33,063 bases of DNA from an uncultured Clostridium sp. (lineage in GTDB: Bacteria > Bacillota > Clostridia > TANB77 > CAG-508): contig CAMSEX010000001.1 of assembly GCA_947057875.1 (NCBI GenBank), positions 1-33,063 on the forward strand, in the 5' to 3' direction. Numbering within the stretch: position 1 is the first letter of the stretch; each line of letters opens with the position of its first letter. Positions 23,501 to 31,600 of this stretch are shown here, piece after piece. A program made the position numbers and the translations under genes. The notes below the pieces were generated by a model, which did not search any database, was not told where the DNA came from, and was given only the letters and a program-made list of their open reading frames with translations.

Positions 23501-25647
23501 AAATTAAATTGTCATTAGAAACAAAAGAGGAAAATGTGTTTTATGGACAAATTGCAACATTGGTTGCAAAAGTGGAAAACAAAACAGGAGAGGACTTGGA
23601 AAATGTAGTGCTAAATGTTTCTGTGCCAGAAGGTGCAGTTTATGTAGAATATCAAGAAGGAGAAGGCTACATAGAAGATAGCCAAGCTACAGTAAAGGAA
23701 TTTGGAATTGAAAAATTGGCAGCTGGGGAAACTGGTGCTTATGAATTTCCTGTCAAAATCTTAGAACATGATGCCGAGAGTAAAACTTTGCAAGGTTATC
23801 TTCAAATTAATAATGTGACAGAAAATTATACAATAGAAGCTGAAAAGCAAAAACTTTCTATGGAAGCTACTTTAGTCAATACCTTTTCTGGAACTAATGA
23901 AAATACAAAAGTTTCATTTTTGGTAAGCATTGCAAAAAGTGAAGAAGATGAAAAAGAAGACTTTAATGTATCTTTTGATTTGCCAGAATATTTGGAAATT
24001 AAAAAAATTTATACTTTAGGTGTTGGGGAAATACAAGATTTAGAGTTTGATAGAAATAACGAAAAAGTAGTTGCACAAATTGGAGAATTAAAAGAAGATG
24101 TGACAAAAGTTTTTGTTGATTGTGAAATGACAGATAGCAGTTTTGAAGGAAGTGATGTGCATACCACAATTGAATTAAAGACAAATGACAGAGGAGAGAA
24201 AATTTGTGGTTCAATAGGATTTGAATTTACAGCAGAAAGAAAAGAAGCTGTTGAAGTATGGCAGGAAATTAGTAGTCAAGAATTAAATTATGAAGATACA
24301 TTTGAGTACAAAATTATTGTAAAAAGTCAAAAACCTTGGGAAGAAGTTGTTACAGTAAAAGCAGAAATCCCATCTATTCTTTGCCTAAAAGATATAAAAG
24401 TGATTATAGGTGGAGTAGAAGAAGGGTTGAATTCTTATAATTATTTTGAAAAAGAATTTGTATTACCAGCTAATGGGACAATTGAAATTGTAGCAATTGG
24501 TGAAGTTATTCATATGGCAGATCATGGAGAAGATACAGAATTATCTAATATTGTAGAAGTTGAGTTAGGAAATGGTGCAATAGTGGAATCCAATGCGTTG
24601 GATGTGAAAATTAACAAGTTATATGAAAAAAGTAAAAGTGATTCTCAAGAAGAAAACCAGAATGAATCAGAAGTTGAGCAGGAAGAAAATACAGAAGATG
24701 AAAACGAAGCAAATGCAATTGTAGGTGTCGTATATGTAGATACAGATAACGATGGTGTAAAAACAAGCAAAGATAAGCAAATTGCTTCTAATGTACAAGT
24801 GCAATTAATGAAAGGTTCTAACATGATTAAAGCAACAACAACAGATTCAAAAGGAAATTATGCATTTCATGATTTGGAACCAGGAGATTATAGTGTGACA
24901 TTTAACTATGACAAAGAAAGATATACAACAACGAGCAAAAATAAAATCTCTGAAATAGAAGATGGTTTGGCAGTAACAGATAATATTACAATTGCGGAAA
25001 ATGGAGCAAAAGTAAATATAGGTTTAACAGAAAAAGACACATTTGACCTAAGCTTAAGCCAAACAATTGCGAAAACAACTGTACTGACAAATAATAAGTT
25101 AAAAGAACAAGAGTATGAAGACTTGGATTTAGCAAAACTAAATTTAACTTCAAAAGAATTAGAAGATGCCATTGTCAAAATGGAATACAAAATTAAAGTG
25201 GAAAATGTTGGAAATGTTGCTGGAAAAGTTGCCAATATTGTGAACTATGTACCAAATGGAATGAAGTTTGTGGCAGAGGATAATCCAGATTGGAATATTG
25301 GGGCTGATGGAAATCTTTATTATACAGGCTTAAAAGATACGACATTGAAAGCAGGAGAAGCAAAAGAAGTTCGTTTAAGTTTGGCAAAACAATTAACACA
25401 AGTAGACAATATAGGAATTATTAGCAATAAAGCACAAATTGTAGAAACTGAAAGTAGCACAAGAATAGTGGAAGCAAAAGCAAATAATTTTGCAACACAA
25501 GAGACGATTATTGCAAAGCCAAGTATCATGGGAAAAGTAGCAGTTGTTATAGAAGTTGCATTGATTGCATCTGTGGCGATATTTGGTTACATGATTAAAA
25601 CAGGTAGAATTGACGAAAAAGAATTGATTAAGAAAGTTTATAGGTAA
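20539..25647 (+). CDS. Giant secreted surface protein (1702 aa): signal peptide, acidic linkers, DUF11/CARDB-like repeat domains, one SdrD-B/Cna-B-like domain, C-terminal TM anchor (no LPXTG)
   Basis: - Start: ATG 20539 is preferred because GAGG lies 8 nt upstream. The track's ATG 20518 has no SD.
- Signal peptide: MFCKSKKMISMLIVFVIMFTYSAQTLQA.
- Acidic linkers: E/D/N-rich runs at ~20890-21075 and ~24640-24715.
- DUF11-like blocks: for example ATLVAKVENKTGEDLENVVLNVSVPEGAVYV and MEYKIKVENVGNVAGKVANIVNYVPNGMKFV.
- SdrD-B-like domain: IVGVVYVDTDNDGVKTSKDKQ...TTDSKGNYAFHDLEPGDYSVTF (~24718-24950).
- C-terminus: VAVVIEVALIASVAIFGYMIKTGR plus a basic tail. Confidence 0.85.
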   Translation: MFCKSKKMISMLIVFVIMFTYSAQTLQAIATTDGITTITDGFFGSSDMVLKAYFEEEENQNNEKILNVNEKGNLILEVSPKEVGSGFIREGMIKANAMDENNLHFKFSKIVSIEVEDGKEKPEENEEEAEDNSFVSLNMGDTSEENVEPIIEDKEDELVDEEKVIEDKMNEEENEDDLNPYQVELVSDYEIQVRNIIHPTKIEVEIEYLPKEEITLSDLYQEVEFVLSGKYIDVDLNEKEESISSNVAIGWSYHNEIEMTSEYTKFSPYHVGERQGSLLENKITIKRENQNEEENYLPLKNTNLEISVPTLNGQRPANVNVVANKLMASKGQDTGNVQFTEENWEYQEQEGKIYIHVSNDKEGKVVNSLGTDEYIIIYKYANFVDEGNYTFENNVIVNAEEVGANENNNLTTSISETQEITAVIGDMISYHVSTNEEVINKGKINANYNHEEALYEAEFTTAVNLNILTSDAFEELTIDTSKENYLDAKQTAFETNDVYYKKVKFSYSEIENILTNGGVIEIYNNAGELLNSLNADNVHSQEECEINLENKPNGIQVVLKSVSVNQNLNIEYIKAIGKSSYDKAEYNMFREIESKVTASVKYEDDENRYQLSEMTVKKAMKSSFTNADIVLSNNNFSTISENENVEMRIELNNDTVDSDLYTNPSFEIVFPSYVKSVTPQSINLTYAEGLSVADATVHNENGIVKMKINLAGTQNAFSESTLTHGTNILVQFNVTLDEYTPSKKDQIKMYYCNEAVTNYQSQTKWTLDREIPQGIVRETNGFEVEVINYQAPSGLTTANAIINYDGEQSVVKSVKQGQKNVNIARGSSPRIATMELYAANNTENECKDVVLLGRTPFANNTDGITGEDLGTNVNSNMFSKIVANEQNKNTAKIYYSELEKATVDLEDANNGWTEEPDTLLEVKSYMIVLDDVLAAGEVLKYSYDFEIPANLDYGAAIYGSFGGYYSNLSSNETTIADKVGLLTEEMPEIKLSLETKEENVFYGQIATLVAKVENKTGEDLENVVLNVSVPEGAVYVEYQEGEGYIEDSQATVKEFGIEKLAAGETGAYEFPVKILEHDAESKTLQGYLQINNVTENYTIEAEKQKLSMEATLVNTFSGTNENTKVSFLVSIAKSEEDEKEDFNVSFDLPEYLEIKKIYTLGVGEIQDLEFDRNNEKVVAQIGELKEDVTKVFVDCEMTDSSFEGSDVHTTIELKTNDRGEKICGSIGFEFTAERKEAVEVWQEISSQELNYEDTFEYKIIVKSQKPWEEVVTVKAEIPSILCLKDIKVIIGGVEEGLNSYNYFEKEFVLPANGTIEIVAIGEVIHMADHGEDTELSNIVEVELGNGAIVESNALDVKINKLYEKSKSDSQEENQNESEVEQEENTEDENEANAIVGVVYVDTDNDGVKTSKDKQIASNVQVQLMKGSNMIKATTTDSKGNYAFHDLEPGDYSVTFNYDKERYTTTSKNKISEIEDGLAVTDNITIAENGAKVNIGLTEKDTFDLSLSQTIAKTTVLTNNKLKEQEYEDLDLAKLNLTSKELEDAIVKMEYKIKVENVGNVAGKVANIVNYVPNGMKFVAEDNPDWNIGADGNLYYTGLKDTTLKAGEAKEVRLSLAKQLTQVDNIGIISNKAQIVETESSTRIVEAKANNFATQETIIAKPSIMGKVAVVIEVALIASVAIFGYMIKTGRIDEKELIKKVYR

Positions 25648-25665
25648 GGAGGTGGAATGTGATTT

Positions 25666-28600
25666 ATGAAGAAAAAGACAGTAAAAATTATTTTAATAAT
25701 AGCAGTGATGTTTCTGTTTGGACTGGTGTTTAGTAAAACAGTTCATGCAGGTTGGGTTTATCCAGAAAATGGTTATCCATATTGGGTAGATGACTTTAGT
25801 GCTCCATATCTTAAATATATAGAATATGATAATAATGATACTAGTAGTAGAGCAGTAGAAGCATATCATAGTCATTTAGGAGTGGGAGCTGAAATTATTG
25901 TTAGTTCAGAAAGTGCTGCTAGATATGAAGTATGTAGTGGAGCTAGAAGAGCTAACAAGGGATATGCACCTAATGAAATGTATCCTGGAACTGATTTTGC
26001 GTATGATTTAGGATTTGATTTAGAGAATCAATATGTGACAGATGAAGCTTGGATAGTTCCAGAAGGAAATGATAGTGGAAAGCTTAAATCTCTTAATGCT
26101 TGGCAACAAGATACAGAAAAAAGTGTTTTGGAAGATGCTCCAAATGGAACAGGATTAACTTATGAAAATTGTAGTTATCGAAAAGATGGTAATTTGATAC
26201 AATTTAAAGTATATGATAGTACAAGTCAATTTAGAAGCAATAGAATAAGAGCAAAGATAACAATCGGATATAATACTTATTCTGTGGGGGTTAAAATAGA
26301 GGATTGGTGGCGTACAAGATATACACAGTATGGTGCGGTTGAAGAACATTACCAGTATAAATATTTTGTGGCTTCGCCAGCTACAAAAGATGATACAAAT
26401 AGAAAAAAATTGTATATTGGTAATGAAGATAGCGGTGGACATTTGTTGTGTAAAATCGAAGTAAAAAATTACATTAATAAAATGCTTTACACACCAGATA
26501 AAAATAGATTGGAACACAGAGGAAATCAATATATAAATGGTTCTACAGCAGTAGGAAATCAAGGTGATGGCTATAGAAAAAGTTGGTCTGAAGATAGAAA
26601 AAAATCAAATAATGTTGTTTTAGAAAATTATGGAGTACTTGAATATAAAGTAATAGTAGAAAATAAAAATCCTAGTTCAGTTAGTTCGCCAGTGTATACT
26701 TTATTAGAAGACATACTTCCAGAAACAGCAGATATTTATTATGTAGAACGTTCAGGAGGAAGTGCTCAATCGCTAGATCCGAATGATACTAAAAATCAAT
26801 TTGCTCATGGTATTAACAATGATCCTAACAATGTTTCACAAGGAGCTCAAGAAGATGGGAGAATCAGATGGCCTGGTTCTACAGAATATTCAAAAGATAA
26901 ATATCAAATGGTAAAGATAGGAACAGGACAAAAGCTAGAATTTACAGTTAGAGTTTGGGTTCGTGCTCAGTCAGCAAAAGAGAATAGTAGTGCTCCTTTT
27001 TATACAACTGGTGAAGTATCTAAAGTTTCAATATATCCTACTTATTATAAAAAGAAAAATGAACGAGCTAGTACAGGAGAAGAACCAAATGCGCATAATC
27101 CAGAGGGGAATAATACTTCTGAAGAAAGGTACATTCTAAAACAATACAATGTTACAGTTGATACTTATATTGATAATGTACAAAGAAATAGTAAAGCAGG
27201 ATTAGAATCAGGAGAGTTTTTAGTTGACAATAACAGTTTTTACCCAAGTGGAGATCAAAGAGAGAAAAAGCCTGACACAACCAAAAAGGCAAACCCAGTT
27301 TATGCAGAAAATGGAGATTATCTGACTTTAAAAATGAAAGTAAGGTATCATGATACGGATTACAAGACGGCGGGTTCGGGTGGCAAGTCGAGTGAGCAAG
27401 CGCCATACTATCAGCCAACAGAACTAGAAAAGGTTCGCATAAAAGTTGATTTGCCAGAGGATGCAGTGATTGACAAATGCTATTGGTCAAATATGACATA
27501 TCCAGGAGGTAGTGAACCAGGACAAACGCATCCAGAAGGAAGTAGTCCTCAGATTGAAGATGCAAATGGAAATGTCGTTATGGATGGATTTAACTCAAAT
27601 GGTTGGTACAAAGCAGAATACACAGGAGAATATATAGACGTATGGCATCTTTGGACAAACAGAACGGCAACGATTACCATAAAATTGTGGGTTAATACTA
27701 ATAAAGACTTGAAAAAGAAATATGGAGATCCTTATGAATTTAAGACAACCATAGAAGATGTTTATAATTTCTATGGCACAAAATATACGTATAATACAGC
27801 ACAAAAGCCAGTTGAAATCGAGTCAGCAGATTATTGGCATATCAAAGAATACAACATTGGGGTTGACAAGTTTATTTCAAAAGTGGAGCACGTAGAAAAC
27901 AGAAATGGTCAAAAAGTGACATTTGAAAGCAATACTGCAAGAAGGGGGACAATTGATGTTGATAGTGGTGGAGGCTCACAAGATAGCACCAAGAATAATA
28001 GCCCAGTATATGTGGAGTATGGCGATTTGGTATCTTATACGATTGTGGTTTATAACACCACAAAAAGTTTTTCAGAATATGTAGTCAAAAGAGACGATGG
28101 ACCATACAAGCAACCACAGTGGATTACAGTCGACTTGGAAGATATTTTGCCGAACAAGTGCGAAGTTAAAAATGCGGAAGTAACGGCTGGAAATGGACTT
28201 TTGACTTCCTATGATGCATCTGGTGGAGTTCTGAAACTGAACAAAGTTCGTGTTGAGGCAAATAGCAGAGTAGAAATAACGGTGCAATTGATTGTAGAAG
28301 AATTGCTAGATGGCACCATCGAAACCAACAAAGTCAAGATTGTTAAAGACACAGAACGCAATATTAATGATTTTAGAATTATCAATAACAGCAAAAGATT
28401 AGGACAAAATGACGAAGTACTTGATAAATACATTTTGAATAATTACAGAGTACAATTGGATGAATACATCAGTGATTACAGAGGCGAAATGTATAACTAT
28501 AATGTAAATCATGGTTATATAAACGCTGGTTCAGAGCAAGGACCATTTGGTGGTTCAACAACCAATTATCCAAATAGCAATCCACTTGCTACTGAAAAAT

Positions 28601-31600
28601 ATGAAACGTTGCGATTTGGAACAAGAGTAACCAATATTATCAGTGGAGGAACAGATGAGAGTGCTACTGGAAGTTGGACAAAATACAACACAAGAATTCG
28701 TCCAACAGACGTAAAAGTAACCATTGATGTTGGCTTAGATGTAATTGGTTATCAAGTAATATGGCGCCACAATGGAAGCGATATTGATGTGACAGGAGGT
28801 GTTAGAGCAACCGAAACTAACATTGGGAATAATAAAGTCGAATGTTTGTATACAATAACAGATGAAAATATTATTTTGTCGCCAGGAGATTACATCGTAT
28901 ATTATACAGAAGTGCAAGTTATGGAAAGCAATTTCTACACAGGAATGTTGCAAAGCAAATCAGAAATCATCACTTGTACCAATATCAATAGAACAGCAGG
29001 AACTTCTGGCAAAGGATTAAACTTTAGTTTTGGAATTAATCCGCATGACAGAGTGGTTTATAGTGCACCAAATCAAAATCCAGTATACTTGAACATCGTT
29101 ACTTTTGAAGATTTTGTATATTTAAAACAATTAGTTATGGCAGGTCAAGTTTGGCTTGACACAAGCAGAAATGGATTTAGTGACAATGGCGAAACAGGAA
29201 AAGACAATATAACAGCAATTTTATATTATGCAGATGGCAAAGAAGTAACGAGAGCAACAACAAGAGCAACTGCAGATGGAAATGGTTTCTATACTTTTGG
29301 AAGACAAGACAAAACCAAAGAATATTACGTAGAATTTGAATATAATGGCTTGTATTACAAAGCAACAGAAGTTTATGGTGGAAACAATTCTGGTACGACA
29401 GACGGAAGATATACACTAGAAAATGATGCAATTTGGAGACAAGGTTATGGAAATGAATTACCACAAACTAGAAAACCATCAACGATCGCTAAAGTAGGAA
29501 TCGGAATTGCTGGTAAAAAAGAATACATGACCGATTCGAATGCATATGAGTTTGACAATATCAGAAATGATTTAGACTATAACAATGCAACGATTGGAAA
29601 TAACAAAACCTATTCTGCAGATACCATTATGCAAAATCAAGATGGAGCTGCTGCAGTAAAAGGACGCTCAGATTTAGTATATGATAAAAATGGACATGTT
29701 AGTATATTGACAGAAGCCAAAGGCGAAATTATGACATCTCGTAGTTTTATCATACAAAACTTTAATACAACTGTAAATTCAGGACTTGACAATACGAATA
29801 CTTTATACTTGACAGATTATAATGGCTATCATAATGAAAATCCTGAAACAGAATATTTGAAATTTATCAACTTAGGTTTGGTAAAAAGAGAAGAAATTGA
29901 TTTGTCAATTGAATCAGACGTAAAATCTATAAAAAATACAATCAATGGTGAAGAAATGACTTATGACTTTAACCAAAACACATATGCTAAAGCAGATTCA
30001 AGAGAACCAAATTATGACAGTCACGAAACAGCTTATTCAACAGTTCCTAAATTTGATAGTGATTACAAATTAGGAATTTACAAAGCAGATTATAATTATC
30101 GTTATGATGCTTATTACAGCGACGAAAACGATTTGGTAGATTACAAAGGATATGAAATTAGTGAACCATTAGAATTGAACAAAGCGGGACAATCTGAATT
30201 AACAACTGAAATTACTTACAAAATAAAAATACACAACAACAATGTTCCTAACAACGAAACAAGTTGGGGAGACAAAAACGACATCCCAGTAGATGTGGCA
30301 CTAAACGAAATCGCTATTTATTATGACAGCAAATTTGTGTACAACGAAAACTTAAAAGGATTAAATACAAATGTAAAATTAATCGACAGAAATGACGGTT
30401 TGTTAAAAGACAAAGGCGAAGTGACAGATAGAGGAGATTTGGAAAAAGACACAAAATCAATTCGTGTAAAATATGGTTATGCTGATGAAAATGGTAATAT
30501 GACTGACTTAATTGATGGAGACGTACATGTAGAACAAAGGGGAATTAGTCCTGCTTCAAAATATGAAACAACGAATAATCCAATCAACAATGACTATCGT
30601 GCTTTGTATATTAGTGGTGGTACGTTAGCAGAACACTATATTCCAGAAGGCGAAACGAGAATTTTGGAAGTTACCATTCCAGTTGACAAAATGGATGCAG
30701 AATTAGCAAGAAGTTTAAAATTAGGTAATTTCCCAATGGTATCAGAAATCACAGCTTATACAACACAATATAATGATAGCTATTGGCATCAAGGATTAAA
30801 AGCAAGAGGAAAATATGCAGCGTTAATTGATAGAGACTCAAACCCAGGAAATTTGGGAGACATCAATGATGTTAGCCAATATGAAGATGATACTTATAAA
30901 ACAAGTGCAAACTTGTATCGTTATGATGTAACAGAACCAAAAACAGAGAATCCAGCTGATCCAAATGCACCAAAAGTGGATGACCCAAATGAATTGAACT
31001 CAGATAAAAAGCAAAATGTAAGAGCGATGATGGGTAAAGTTTGGGAAGATGCAAGGTCAGAAGCCAAAGGAACAGATGCAGAAGGAGTTCAGTATTTAGG
31101 AAACGGAATTTATGACACAAGCAATGCTAGTCATGAAAATGCTAGTAAAAATCCGAATGATGAAACAGCTGGTCAAGAAAAGACAATTTCAGGCGTAAAA
31201 GTAAAACTAATGGAAGTAGTTCAAAAAGCAAATGGACAATATTATGAATATCAAGCAAGAGACAGTAATAATAAACCAATCGAATTTATCACAGGAAATG
31301 ACGGAAAATATATGCTAAGTGATTACATGCCAGGATTTTACATTGTAAGATTTGAGTATGGCTGGAATGACACAAGAGATGATAATTTACTTTACAATGG
31401 ACAAGACTACAAATCAACAGCTTATTATAATAGAGGATACTATGGCAGTTTAGACGGGCAAGCCTATGCAACAGACAATTTAGGAAGTAATGGAAATTAT
31501 CGTTACTTTGACAAAGTAAAAGACAATCTAAAAGTCGGAGACAATTCTGATGCGCAAGATGACGAAATCAGAAGATTAAATGTAAATGCTTATTCAGAAA